Part shown: piece by piece, positions 19,430 to 29,005 of the stretch | How positions within the stretch are numbered: the first letter of the stretch is position 1 | Layout: every line of letters begins with the position of its first letter | Notes under the pieces: generated by a model | What the model saw: only the letters and a program-made list of their open reading frames with translations | Told to the model about the DNA's origin: nothing | The model's database searches: none | Assembly (NCBI GenBank): GCA_041576815.1 | Contig: JBFGKE010000001.1 | Span: forward strand, 6,948 to 70,947 | Source of the DNA: Polyangiales bacterium | GTDB lineage: Bacteria > Myxococcota_A > Polyangia > Polyangiales > Houyiibacteriaceae | Length of the DNA stretch: 64,000 bases | Reading direction: 5' to 3' | Position numbers and translations under genes: made by a program

Positions 19430-19810
19430 TCAGCTCTCCAGCATGTCCAGGCACTTTCGCGTCCAGCACGCGTCGCAGAAGACGGCGGTGCCGAATGCGT
19501 CGAGCACGAGCATGCCGCTGCAGATCGAACACTGCTGCTGCTCCGGCTCGCGGGTCTTCGGCTTCATGTTTTTCGGTAGAGCGTCTTGCCGATTGCTGCC
19601 AGTTTTGCGAATCGGCCCCCACCCCCCGTAGGGGTCTTCGAACCAAGCCTCGTTTTCTCGCGCGATCCAGTCAGCCCAGTCGGGGTCGTCCGACGCCCAC
19701 GCATCACGGTCGTTGCGGTCGAGCTCGGGCCGCAGGGCTTCGTGCGTGCGCTCGTTCTGCCCTCTGCGGCGATGAGGCCCGCGGGGCTTCATTGGACGTT
19801 GCATCGGCAT
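19430..19810 (-). CDS. small hypothetical protein with C-terminal CxxC-N15-CxxC zinc-ribbon-like motif
   Basis: The ATG at 19810 follows GAGGGA. It is the C-terminal 126 aa of the 226-aa ORF. It has an acidic Trp-rich middle (DDPDWADWIARENEAWFEDPYGGWG) and CSICSG...CDACW. Confidence 0.5.
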   Translation of the reverse strand: MPMQRPMKPRGPHRRRGQNERTHEALRPELDRNDRDAWASDDPDWADWIARENEAWFEDPYGGWGPIRKTGSNRQDALPKNMKPKTREPEQQQCSICSGMLVLDAFGTAVFCDACWTRKCLDMLES

Positions 19811-19910
19811 CGTGTCCCTCACTTTCTCGGGTGGGCACCTGCCCAAAACGCTGTGGAGCACGTTCCGTGCCATCGCCCCGTGCAGGCGTAGCGCGCGCTG
19901 CCGCTCCGAG

Positions 19911-19972
19911 GAGTGCAAAGCCTGCACTCGGCTGGGCCCTCGAGGCTGCAGGAGTTGCACTGCGCCAAGTGC
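19911..19972. promoter_or_regulatory. pair of palindromes GAGTGCA-N5-TGCACTC and GCACT-N6-AGTGC, candidate operators
   Basis: They lie in the 253-nt divergent intergenic region between 19810(-) and 20064(+), with perfect arms at 19911-19929 and 19957-19972. Confidence 0.25.
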
Positions 19973-20063
19973 TCGTTTCTCCCGTCGCCCGAAGTCGATT
20001 TGGATTGTCGACTCGGGCCGGCGGCACGGGGTTTGCTTCCCACAGTCTTGCGGAGGCAAGCCG

Positions 20064-20771
20064 ATGTTGCTCACAGAAAAGATCCCACTCGAGATTTCGA
20101 AGCCCCTCAAGCAAGCGCTCCTTCTACATCGCGTCCGGGCAGGTCTCGCCAGCCAGCGGCCCCTGGTGAGTCGCGCTTCGATCGACGAGGTCGAGCACGC
20201 GCTCGGGGTTTCGCTGCCTCATGCGCTGCTCGCGGTCTTCGCGTCGACCGGTCGAGACCCCTTCGAGATGGTGGTCCTGACCGAAGAGGCGCGGGAGCTG
20301 GACGGCCTCCGCCCGGATCTGGTCGCGGTCTCGGTGGAGCCCAAGCGCCTGGGAGCGTCGCCCCTCCCAGTCTATTGGTGTCTCCGTTCGGGTTCCTCGC
20401 CTCCACATTCCCCCGAGATGGTCCGGTGGACCCTCGACTCGGAGGGTCGCTGCTACGGGCTATCCGTGCTCGACTTCGTTCGTGCTTGCCTGGCCGAGGG
20501 CGAGCCGACCGCAGAGGAGAAGATCGCCATCCGCGGCCTGCTGCTACGGTTTAAACCGGCTGTCGTGAGCCAGCCACGCCTTCCCTTTCGGCGAGTGGTT
20601 CACCATCGTTTTGGACCGGGCTTCGTCTTGAGGGAGTTCGATGACGGCAATCACAAGGTTGAAGTCGATTTCCCGAGCGTGGGCGTCAAGCTGTTGCTCG
20701 CGAGCTACGTGCAAGACGTCCCTGCGGTGCGAGCCAAGAACCCCGTTTCAGGGCGTCGGAGGCTGCGATGA
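20064..20771 (+). CDS. SMI1/KNR4 (SUKH)-like domain protein with C-terminal Tudor/DUF3553-like HxxFGxGxV module
   Basis: The ATG at 20064 follows GGAGGC. The SUKH-type signature is SIDEVEHALGVSLPHALLAVFASTG. The C-terminus is VVHHRFGPGFVLREFDDGNHKVEVDFPSVGVKLLL. Confidence 0.55.
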   Translation: MLLTEKIPLEISKPLKQALLLHRVRAGLASQRPLVSRASIDEVEHALGVSLPHALLAVFASTGRDPFEMVVLTEEARELDGLRPDLVAVSVEPKRLGASPLPVYWCLRSGSSPPHSPEMVRWTLDSEGRCYGLSVLDFVRACLAEGEPTAEEKIAIRGLLLRFKPAVVSQPRLPFRRVVHHRFGPGFVLREFDDGNHKVEVDFPSVGVKLLLASYVQDVPAVRAKNPVSGRRRLR

Positions 20772-21004
20772 GATTCGAGCAGGCGGATCTGGTCAGCCCG
20801 GAGGTGCTCGATCGTATTCGCGCCGACAATCAAGCGCTGCTCGAAGCCACCTCCTGCATGCAGGCAAGCATCGAAACCGGCAGGTTTGACGAAGCGGCGC
20901 CCATGGCCGCCAAGCTCGGTGAGATCCTTCGAAATCACGTCTCGTTGGTGGACGGCGTGCTGGACGTCCTGACCTTGGACGACACGATGACCGAAAGGAG
21001 CTGA
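20768..21004 (+). CDS. small helical hypothetical protein (78 aa)
   Basis: ATGA overlap with the upstream gene. GC3 is moderately high. I recognised no motifs. Confidence 0.4.
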   Translation: MRFEQADLVSPEVLDRIRADNQALLEATSCMQASIETGRFDEAAPMAAKLGEILRNHVSLVDGVLDVLTLDDTMTERS

Positions 21005-21009
21005 GCCGC

Positions 21010-22485
21010 TCACTTGCCGTCGGTCGTCGACCCGCGCTTGGCGACTCCCCATTGTTCGAGCCGGTAGTGGATGGTTCGCTTGCTGATTCCGAGAATCGCC
21101 GCGGCTTTCGTCGGCGAGCCTCCGCACGCCTCGAGCGTCTTCATGATCGTGTATCGTTCGACCTCGGCGAGGGTCACGCCCGGCACGAGCAAGCTGAGCG
21201 GCTCCGCCTCCCGTTCCGGCGGCTCGATGGGAAGGTCGTCGAGGCCCACGAGCTCCCCCTCGCTGAGCACGACGGCCTGCTCGATCGCGTGCTGAAGCTC
21301 TCGGACGTTCCCGGGCCAGGGGTAGCTCAGGAGGGCCTGTCGAGCCGTCGGTGTGAACCCGCGAACGTGCTTTTCGTTCTCTTCTGCGTAGATGCGGAGG
21401 AAGTGGTCGGCGAGCAGCGGGATGTCGCTCGGCCGCGCCCGCAACGGGGGCACTTCGAGAACCACGACTTTCAGCCGGTAGTAGAGGTCCTCTCGGAATT
21501 TGCCGTCGTCGACGAGCGTCCTCAAGTCTCGATTCGTGGCCGCGACCACGCGCACGTTGACTCGCACGGTCTCATTGCCGCCGACACGCTCGAGCTCGCG
21601 TTCTTGAAGGAACCGAAGAAGCTTGACCTGCACCGAGAGCGGCATCTCGCTGAGCTCGTCGAGAAACAGCGTGCCCCCGTCCGCTTGCTCCAGGCGGCCT
21701 CGACGCCGGGTCAGCGCTCCGGTGAAGGCTCCCTTTTCGTGTCCGAACAGCTCCGACTCGAGCACGCTCTCGGCGAGCGCGGCGCAGTTGAGGCGCACCA
21801 ACGGCCCGGCGCACCTGAGGGAGTTTTCATGGACCGCCTTTGCGATAAGCTCCTTGCCCGTCCCGGTCTCCCCCTGAATGAGGACCGTTGAGCGGCTCTT
21901 CGCGGCTTGAAACAGTCGGTTGAATAGGCGTTGCATCGCCGGATTGGCGCCGATGACGTGGTTCAGGCGCTCGGCCGGGGCGGCGTGCGCTTCTCTCCGC
22001 GCTTCGCGTGCTTTCTTCGCGTGAAAGGGCTTGTCGAGACACCGCTCGACGACGAGCGCCAACGCGTCGGGCCGAACGGGCAGGGTCAACAGGCGGTCGG
22101 CGCCGGACGCGAGCGCCTCGACCGCGGCATCGGTCGAGCCGGACCGCCCCATGGCCACGAGCGACGCCGTAGGCAGTAGCGCGCGGGCTTGGCCTAAGAG
22201 ACTGAGGCCGTCGCTGTCGCCGTCGAGCTCCACGAGCACCACGTCAGGCCTCGAGCGTTCGAGGAGCTCGAGCGCGGCGCGGGAGTCGGGGGCCGTCTCG
22301 ACGACGTGTCCAATGGAGGTCAACTGGCCCTCCAGCTCCGCCTGAACCGCGGGGTCGCTCTCCACGATGAGGATCCGCCCTGTGGGTCTCTCCGCCATCG
22401 GCCAAGGATGGCCTGGCGTCGGCGACGAGTCCATGATTTCAGGCCGCGCGACGCTGACGCTCGAGGTACGGTCGGCATGTCCCAT
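21010..22485 (-). CDS. sigma54-dependent response regulator (REC - AAA+ - Fis-type HTH; NtrC family)
   Basis: REC region ILIVESDP...DVVLVELD. Walker [24 protein letters not shown] (GAFTGA), Walker B FLDELSEM. The HTH is [23 protein letters not shown]. The start could be 22485, 22434 or 22398. Confidence 0.92.
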   Translation of the reverse strand: MGHADRTSSVSVARPEIMDSSPTPGHPWPMAERPTGRILIVESDPAVQAELEGQLTSIGHVVETAPDSRAALELLERSRPDVVLVELDGDSDGLSLLGQARALLPTASLVAMGRSGSTDAAVEALASGADRLLTLPVRPDALALVVERCLDKPFHAKKAREARREAHAAPAERLNHVIGANPAMQRLFNRLFQAAKSRSTVLIQGETGTGKELIAKAVHENSLRCAGPLVRLNCAALAESVLESELFGHEKGAFTGALTRRRGRLEQADGGTLFLDELSEMPLSVQVKLLRFLQERELERVGGNETVRVNVRVVAATNRDLRTLVDDGKFREDLYYRLKVVVLEVPPLRARPSDIPLLADHFLRIYAEENEKHVRGFTPTARQALLSYPWPGNVRELQHAIEQAVVLSEGELVGLDDLPIEPPEREAEPLSLLVPGVTLAEVERYTIMKTLEACGGSPTKAAAILGISKRTIHYRLEQWGVAKRGSTTDGK

Positions 22486-22625
22486 GAGGTGCGCCTATTC
22501 CCTTGGCTTGCGAAGCACGACGGGCAGCTCGACGAGAACGCTACAGGGAACCAAACGTTCGTGGATACACCGTAGTTGCTCAAGATCGCGCTCCGGTTCA
22601 ATCTCCGGTACGTTCCGGTAAGACG

Positions 22626-24551
22626 ATGAACCGGTTGAGGTTTGCTCTAGAGAGATTTCTCGTTCGGGGGGCTCGCTACCAGCTTCTCGCTGTAGCCGCG
22701 ATGATCGGGTTGATCTCGCTCATCGCGGGAGCGCTCGTTCTCATGACTCCTCAGCACGAAGAGGGGCTTGGCGACGCCGTCTGGTGGGCCTTCCTCCGCC
22801 TCACCGACCCCGGCTACCTCGGCGACGACGTGGGAGCCATCCCGCGATTCATTTCAACCGTGCTCACCGTGGCTGGCTACGTCCTATTCATGGGGTCGTT
22901 GGTAGCGATCATGACACAATGGTTGAACGCTACGATGAGGCGGCTGGAAGCGGGTTTCACGCCTGTGGTACGAAGAAACCACGTCCTGGTGCTCGGCTGG
23001 ACGCAGCGGGCGGGTATCGTCATTGGCGACCTTTTTCGGTCCGAGGGTCGCCTACGAAGGTTTTTGGAGCGCCGGGGGGCTTCCCAGCTGCATGTGGTCT
23101 TGCTGGCGCGCGACGTGGGACCACGCTTGGTTCAAGAGCTCAAAGAGCGCGTCGGCCGCGTGTGGCGACCAAGCCAGGTCACGCTCCGGTCGGGGTCGCC
23201 ACTACGCGGCGATCACCTCACGCGCGTCGACTTTCTGAACGCGAGCGTGATCCTGATCCCCGTCGGGGAGTTCTCGAGCGCCGGCCCCGAGGGCGCGGAC
23301 ACGCGCACGATCAAGACGCTACTTTCGCTCAGCAACCATCCGCTCGTCGCGGATGGAAAAGAGTTGCCCCTCGTCGTCGTCGAGCTGTTCGACGCCCGCA
23401 AGTCGGACCTCGCACGAAGGGCGTACACCGGGCCCATCGAGGTGGTCGCAAGCGATGCGACGGTGAGCCGCTTGATCGCCCAAAACGTCCGGCACGAGGG
23501 CCTTTCACACGTCTTTAGCGAGCTCTTGACGCACGGTGAAGGCAACGAGCTTTACGTGCGTCGCCTGCCGAACTTGGCAGGACAGACTTTCGGGAGCCTC
23601 GTCGGTCGTTTTCCAAAGGCGGTTTTCCTCGGCGCGGTACGCGAAAAGGCTGGGACATTCGAGCCTTTTCTCAACCCGCCGCGCGATTTCGAGCTCCGGG
23701 CAGACGATCGGGTGGTCCTGCTTGCGCGGGCGTACGCGGATACTGAGCCGAGCAGCGAGCTTCCCGCCGTCCAAATCGAGGAGGCGTCGCGACCCGTTTC
23801 GACTTCTTTGGCCGGCGCCGCACGCCGCGTCCTGGTCCTGGGTTGGAATCAGCGCGTCCCGGCGCTGGTCGACGAATGCGCGAGCCATGCGACACAATCC
23901 TTCCGCATCGACATCATGACCTTGGTTCCCGCGGAGCAGCGCCAGGCGGCACTGGCCCGTCACGAGTTGCATCTAGAGCGTCTTCAACTCACCCACATCG
24001 AAGGCGATTACACCTTGCGCAAAGACCTCAAGCGAGTGAAACCAGCGACGTACGACAACATCATCATGTTGGGGAACGACTGGGTCGGAAGCGGAGAGGA
24101 GTCCGACGCGCGAACGATCGTCGGGTATCTCTCGTTGCAAGAGTTGCTCGGCGAAGCCAGTCGACCAAAGCTGCTCGTCGAGCTTCTCGATCAAGAGAAC
24201 GTGGGGTTGTTGGGGGAGCGCTCGGGTGAGGTCTTGATCAGCCCACTCATTCTGAGCCACATGTTGGCGCAAGTCGGTTTGCGACGCGAGCTCGGGCCGG
24301 TGTTCGACGAGCTATTCGCGGCTGGCGGCACGGAGATCGCATTTCGGCGGGCCTCGGAGTACGCGCTCACCGGTCGGCGCGTCACATTCCACGATGTCCA
24401 GGCAGCGGCGCTTGCGCGTGGCGAGGTGGCGCTGGGCGTCCGCGTCGGTGCCGCGAAGTCCGAGGTTTCCGGTCTGGAGCTGAATCCGTTGAAGACGCGC
24501 GAATACGAGCTCGGCGAGGACGACGACATTCCGGTCCTATCGCGTGCGTGA
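22626..24551 (+). CDS. CASTOR/POLLUX (DMI1)-like ion channel with two RCK/TrkA-like domains
   Basis: N-terminal TM helices flank a pore-loop-like WWAFLRLTDPGYLGDD. There are two Rossmann-like repeats, NHVLVLGWTQRAG and RVLVLGWNQRVPAL, resembling the LGW motif of CASTOR-family RCK domains. Confidence 0.7.
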   Translation: MNRLRFALERFLVRGARYQLLAVAAMIGLISLIAGALVLMTPQHEEGLGDAVWWAFLRLTDPGYLGDDVGAIPRFISTVLTVAGYVLFMGSLVAIMTQWLNATMRRLEAGFTPVVRRNHVLVLGWTQRAGIVIGDLFRSEGRLRRFLERRGASQLHVVLLARDVGPRLVQELKERVGRVWRPSQVTLRSGSPLRGDHLTRVDFLNASVILIPVGEFSSAGPEGADTRTIKTLLSLSNHPLVADGKELPLVVVELFDARKSDLARRAYTGPIEVVASDATVSRLIAQNVRHEGLSHVFSELLTHGEGNELYVRRLPNLAGQTFGSLVGRFPKAVFLGAVREKAGTFEPFLNPPRDFELRADDRVVLLARAYADTEPSSELPAVQIEEASRPVSTSLAGAARRVLVLGWNQRVPALVDECASHATQSFRIDIMTLVPAEQRQAALARHELHLERLQLTHIEGDYTLRKDLKRVKPATYDNIIMLGNDWVGSGEESDARTIVGYLSLQELLGEASRPKLLVELLDQENVGLLGERSGEVLISPLILSHMLAQVGLRRELGPVFDELFAAGGTEIAFRRASEYALTGRRVTFHDVQAAALARGEVALGVRVGAAKSEVSGLELNPLKTREYELGEDDDIPVLSRA

Positions 24552-24611
24552 GGCTTTTTTGTCGTAGAGCTGTGCGCGCGGAGGGCGACGCCCGTGCCGC
24601 TCGAGTCGAGC

Positions 24612-25976
24612 CTACTGCCCGTCGTCGGCAACCATCTCCTCAGACCACTTCAGACGAATCCGCTTCACCCGGTTCCTGCCGACATCGAGAACCTTGGCGG
24701 TATAGGGGCCAACCTGCACCTCGTCGCCCGGCTTGGCGAGCCTTCCGAGACGTGCGGTCACGTGGCCGCCGATCGTGTCCTCGTTTTCGTCCTCGTCGTT
24801 GCTCAGCTCGAAATCCAGCCTGTCACACGCCTCCGGAACGGACATGCGTCCGGAAAGCTCGTAGACGCCGTCCTCGACTTCCCTGAACTCCCGTTCGTGC
24901 TCATCGAACTCGTCGCCAAGCGGCCCCACGATCTCCTCGAGGGCGTCCTCACGAAACGCGAGGCCGATGACGGTTCCGCGCTCGTCGAGGACGGCGGCGC
25001 AGTGCTGCTGCTTGCTTTGCAGCTCCAGGAGGAAATCGGACAGCGACATGGTGTCGGGTACGAACAGCGCCTCTCGCGCGAGCGAGCGGAGCTCGAGCGC
25101 CTTCGAGTCGAGGAGCTGCTGCATCAAGTCTTTCGTGTGGACGAAGCCGATGATCGTGTCCAATCCCACCTCGCACAAGGGCAGGCGGCTGTGGCCGCTG
25201 TCGCGAATCACCGCCATGTTTTCGTCGTCCGGGCGGCCGACGGAGAGGAACTCGACGTCGATGCGCGGCACGACGATGTGCCGGACCTCGAGCTCCATGA
25301 TCCGAAAGACGTTTTCGGTGACTTCGTGCTCGAGCTTCGAGATGTGCCCAGCCGCCCACGACAGAGCGAGCATGGACCGGATTTCTTCGGACGTATGCGT
25401 GATCTCATGCCCCTCGTGCGCCTGTAGGCCGGCCAAGCGAAGCATCCAGTTCGAGGTGCTGTTGATCACCGCGATGAACGGTTGAAAGACCCACGTGAAG
25501 ACGCGGAGCGGGAACGCGGTGTGCAGGGCGGTCGTCTCGGCCCGACGAAGGGCCCACATTTTCGGCGCCTGCTCGCCAACCGTCATGTGAAGCACGGTGA
25601 TCACGGCGAAGGCCAATCCTATCGATACGATGGGAACCCACTGTGCATCCGCGGCGACCCCGACCCCCATGCCCTGGAGCGCCGCGACGATGAGGACCGA
25701 CACGGCCGGCTCGCCGAGCGCGCCGAGGATCAGGCTGGCGATGGTGATCCCCAGTTGGCAGGCGGAAAGATAGCGGTCCATGTTTCGGAGAATGTGCTGG
25801 ACCGCTTTTGCGCTTCGGCTTCCTTCGCCCGCCAGGGTGTCGATTCGCGTGGTGCGAACCTTGACCAACGCGAACTCCGTCGCGACGAAGAAACCATTCA
25901 ACAGCACGAAAAAAAGCGTCGCTCCGAGCCTCCAGGCGATCCCGATCGCGTCGAGATGCGCGTGTGTTTCTTCCAT
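24612..25976 (-). CDS. CNNM/CorC/TlyC-family transporter (DUF21 - CBS pair - CorC_HlyC)
   Basis: The DUF21 signature is FFVATEFALVKVR...SACQLGITIASL. A CBS pair and a C-terminal transporter-associated domain follow. GGAGG SD lies before the ATG. Confidence 0.88.
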   Translation of the reverse strand: MEETHAHLDAIGIAWRLGATLFFVLLNGFFVATEFALVKVRTTRIDTLAGEGSRSAKAVQHILRNMDRYLSACQLGITIASLILGALGEPAVSVLIVAALQGMGVGVAADAQWVPIVSIGLAFAVITVLHMTVGEQAPKMWALRRAETTALHTAFPLRVFTWVFQPFIAVINSTSNWMLRLAGLQAHEGHEITHTSEEIRSMLALSWAAGHISKLEHEVTENVFRIMELEVRHIVVPRIDVEFLSVGRPDDENMAVIRDSGHSRLPLCEVGLDTIIGFVHTKDLMQQLLDSKALELRSLAREALFVPDTMSLSDFLLELQSKQQHCAAVLDERGTVIGLAFREDALEEIVGPLGDEFDEHEREFREVEDGVYELSGRMSVPEACDRLDFELSNDEDENEDTIGGHVTARLGRLAKPGDEVQVGPYTAKVLDVGRNRVKRIRLKWSEEMVADDGQ

Positions 25977-25999
25977 CTAATCTGCCTCCATGAATGCCC

Positions 26000-27307
26000 T
26001 CATTGCGAGCTTGCCAGCATGCTTGCGAGCAGCGTCGCGAGTCCGAGAAAAGTGAAGAAACCAACGACGTCCGTCACCGTCGTGAGAATAATCGACGACG
26101 CCGTCGCCGGGTCGCGCTTGGCCTTGACGAGGGCGATGGGGATCAGCGCGCCCGCCGCGGATGCCGCGACCATCGACACGATCATCGCGAGCAGCATCAC
26201 CAGCGCGAGTCCGAGGTTGCGGCTCCAGGCATAAACGCCGATCGACGTCACGATTGCGATCGCGACCCCATTGACCAAGCCCACGATCAATTCTTTGACC
26301 AGCACGCGAAAACCTTGCGAGACCCGGATCTCACGTAGAGCGAGTCCCCGCATCGTGACCGCCAGAGCTTGCGCGCCGGTGTTTCCGGATTGCCCGGCCA
26401 CCACTGGCAAGAGGACGGCGACCGCGGTGAAACGGGCGATCGTGCTCTCGAAAAGACCGACGACGCTTGCGGCCAGAAACGCCGTCACCAAGTTGATGTT
26501 CAGCCAGGGCAGGCGGCTTTTGACGCCGACCCAGGGGCTCGAAAGTGCTCGCTCTTCCTTCGAGCCACCAACCATCTGCTGGAGGTCGGTGATGGCGTCT
26601 TGCTGTGCCGCTTCGACTAGACCTGCTTGCCGGATGATTCCGACGACGTGATTGTGCAGATCGACGACGGGTAGGCTCGAAAGACGATGTTCTTGAAGGA
26701 GCTCGACGACCTCTTCGCGTGGGGTCATCGGATGCACGAACGCCGTCCGAGGGCTTGCGAGCTCCGCGAGCTGCTGATCGGGATCGGCACCCACGACGTC
26801 TTGCAAGCGCACCATGCCGGTGTAGATGCCCTCGTCGTCGACCATCACGAGGTCGGCGACCCGCCGGTCGCGCAGCTCACGAACCCTGTCGAGGGCATCC
26901 CGAACGACGGTGTCCTGCTTGAACAACGCGACTTTGGCGTCCATCAGGTTGCCGGCGGTGCCCGGCGGGAAGCTCAGGATGTCGCGAATCTCCGCGGCAA
27001 GGGCATCCGAAACGGTTTGCAGGGCGCGGTTCTGGAGCTGATCGGGCAAGCGCGCGAGCAAGTTGGCCGCATGGGCAGGGTCGAGCTCCGACATCAGTCG
27101 GGGCAGCGCACCTTCGTCGGCGGCGCCGAGGACCTGCGAGGCCCGGTCGGGGTGCATGCGACGAAGGACTCCGGCTGCAACGCGAGGGGGCTCCTCGGCG
27201 AGCAGGGTTGCCACGTGGGCTGGGTTTTGCGTCTCCATCTCACGAGCGGCCTCCTCGGGATGACGCTGGACGAACTGGCCGACGAGCGCGCGAGCTGCAG
27301 AAGTCAT
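26000..27307 (-). CDS. mgtE: magnesium transporter MgtE (MgtE_N - CBS pair - TM domain)
   Basis: TAGNLMD, a CBS pair, then LPWLNINLVTAFLAASVV...LLPVVAGQSGNTGAQA...DPATASSIILTTVTDVVGF, typical of the MgtE membrane domain. Confidence 0.9.
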   Translation of the reverse strand: MTSAARALVGQFVQRHPEEAAREMETQNPAHVATLLAEEPPRVAAGVLRRMHPDRASQVLGAADEGALPRLMSELDPAHAANLLARLPDQLQNRALQTVSDALAAEIRDILSFPPGTAGNLMDAKVALFKQDTVVRDALDRVRELRDRRVADLVMVDDEGIYTGMVRLQDVVGADPDQQLAELASPRTAFVHPMTPREEVVELLQEHRLSSLPVVDLHNHVVGIIRQAGLVEAAQQDAITDLQQMVGGSKEERALSSPWVGVKSRLPWLNINLVTAFLAASVVGLFESTIARFTAVAVLLPVVAGQSGNTGAQALAVTMRGLALREIRVSQGFRVLVKELIVGLVNGVAIAIVTSIGVYAWSRNLGLALVMLLAMIVSMVAASAAGALIPIALVKAKRDPATASSIILTTVTDVVGFFTFLGLATLLASMLASSQ

Positions 27308-28152
27308 CGCTTGCTCCCGGAGGTGGTTCCCGTCGTGCCGAGGAGGAGCGCGCTCGCGGACTCGACGACGCCAAGCAGCCCGATCTGGTAGAGCTCGCCC
27401 AGCGCGGCGCCCGTTTCCGCGGCCTGGTCGGCCGCCGCTGTCCCAGCGAGTCGCTGTTCGAGGCTACGCATCACTTCGTATCGAAGGACACCGGCAAAGC
27501 GCCCCCCGTCGTCGACGACGGGGAGAGCGTGAAAGCGTCGCCACCCGGGGTGCGCGGCCACGACCCGCCAGCTCGATCGCGCGGACACGGCCTGCGCGGG
27601 GCGCGTGGCGAGCAACCCGATGAGCTGCTCCGGACGCGCTTGCATGAGCTGGCGGATGTTGACGACCCCAACCAGCCTCTGGTCGGCCGCGACGACGTAG
27701 AGGTAGTAGAGCGCGTGCTGGGGCGACTGACGCATCTGAAGCAGCGCATCCTCGACGCTGGAGGTTTCGGAGACGGCCCGGACCTCGGGATCCATCAGTG
27801 CCCCGGCCGTATTCTCGCTATATCGGAGTGACTGCTCGATCTCCGCACGCGACTTGGCGCTCAGGTGCTCCATGGTGAACGCGCGTGTCGAGGGATTGGT
27901 CACCCGAAGGACGGCCGCGGCGACATGGCGCCTGGCCGTGGAGAGCACACGCGCCGACCGAGCTGGCGTCAGATGCTCCAGCGCTGCCGCGGAGGTGACC
28001 GGAGCGAGCCACCGCAAGAGCTCGGCGCAAACCTCGTCAGGAAGCGCTCCCATGACGTCGGAGGCCCCCGCAGAATCCATCGCCTCGATTGCCCTTGCCG
28101 CTTCGGCAGGATGCTTCAGCACGAAGGTTTTGAGCAGCGTATTTTCCAGCAT
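27304..28152 (-). CDS. soluble MgtE-like sensor protein (MgtE_N + CBS pair, no transmembrane domain)
   Basis: 282 aa with MgtE-type N-domain helices, then NTAGALMDPEV, YYLYVVAADQRLVGVVNIRQL and FHALPVVDDGGRFAGVL. It ends before any TM segment. The stop overlaps the mgtE start (ATGA). Confidence 0.8.
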   Translation of the reverse strand: MLENTLLKTFVLKHPAEAARAIEAMDSAGASDVMGALPDEVCAELLRWLAPVTSAAALEHLTPARSARVLSTARRHVAAAVLRVTNPSTRAFTMEHLSAKSRAEIEQSLRYSENTAGALMDPEVRAVSETSSVEDALLQMRQSPQHALYYLYVVAADQRLVGVVNIRQLMQARPEQLIGLLATRPAQAVSARSSWRVVAAHPGWRRFHALPVVDDGGRFAGVLRYEVMRSLEQRLAGTAAADQAAETGAALGELYQIGLLGVVESASALLLGTTGTTSGSKR

Positions 28153-28159
28153 GACGGCA

Positions 28160-28984
28160 TCAACCCCGGCTCAAGAGCACGCAGCGGCTGCTGGTGAAAT
28201 CGCGGCCCGAGATGGAGACCTCCCCGTCGGCGCTTTCGAGAACGACCGCGGTTTTCGTCGTCCGAACGATGCGCCCCTCATCTCCGCCGACACGGACGAC
28301 CTCACCCACGCGATGTGACTTCTGCACATAGTGCATGGCCAGGATGTCGGCCACGAGGTCTCGCGACCCGAGCCCAAAGGCGATCGCGCCGCCAACGAGT
28401 GTCCCTGCGAGGGCGATCAAGAAGATCGAGGTGAGCAGCGATACGTCGACGCCGAGCTGATCCACTGCGATCAGCGAGGCTGCTACCACGATCGCGATCT
28501 GCGTGAGCCGCCCAAGCGCCTGACCTTGTGACGACGGAAGCCGTACTGCGGCTCGGGCGACTGCGTTCCGAGCGAGCCGGCCTGCGAGGGCACCACCGAC
28601 CAGCAGGACGAGCGCAATGAAGAGCTTCGGGAGATATCCGGCAAACGCGCCGATCCATCTTCCGAAAACCGTCAGACCCAGCGCGTCGACCGCAATCACC
28701 AGGGCCGTGAACAGAACGAGCCAGTACACGCCGTTTGCAGCCACGTTCCCGGTGTCGGGGCTCTCCATGGCTTCCGTCCAGTCGGCGCGCGCACTTCCCG
28801 GAGGCAGCTTCCGTACGAGCCGTCGCAGGATCCGTCGTACCACCCGCCGCAAGACCGACGCGAGCAACCAGCCCGAGAGCAGGATCAACGCTGCCGTCAC
28901 GATGTGCGGAAGCGCTGACAACAGCAGTTCCTTGAACTCGGTCATCATCGCCACGAACCGATTCGTGATGTCGCTTGCTTGCAT
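28160..28984 (-). CDS. mechanosensitive-channel-related membrane protein (conserved TM-helix repeats + small beta domain)
   Basis: Four hydrophobic helices with repeated LGxxxxIAIVVAA-type segments. The C-terminal segment VGEVVRVGGDEGRIVRTTKTAVVLESADGEVSI is like the MscS beta-domain. GAGGAGGGAG SD is present. Confidence 0.65.
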   Translation of the reverse strand: MQASDITNRFVAMMTEFKELLLSALPHIVTAALILLSGWLLASVLRRVVRRILRRLVRKLPPGSARADWTEAMESPDTGNVAANGVYWLVLFTALVIAVDALGLTVFGRWIGAFAGYLPKLFIALVLLVGGALAGRLARNAVARAAVRLPSSQGQALGRLTQIAIVVAASLIAVDQLGVDVSLLTSIFLIALAGTLVGGAIAFGLGSRDLVADILAMHYVQKSHRVGEVVRVGGDEGRIVRTTKTAVVLESADGEVSISGRDFTSSRCVLLSRG

Positions 28985-29005
28985 GGGCTCCCTCCTCGAA
29001 AATCA

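Noticed and set aside
25977-28159. M-box (Mg2+ riboswitch) upstream of mgtE or corC
   Set aside because: The intergenic gaps here are only -4 to 23 nt. That is far too short for a ~160-nt M-box, so any such element would have to lie further upstream.
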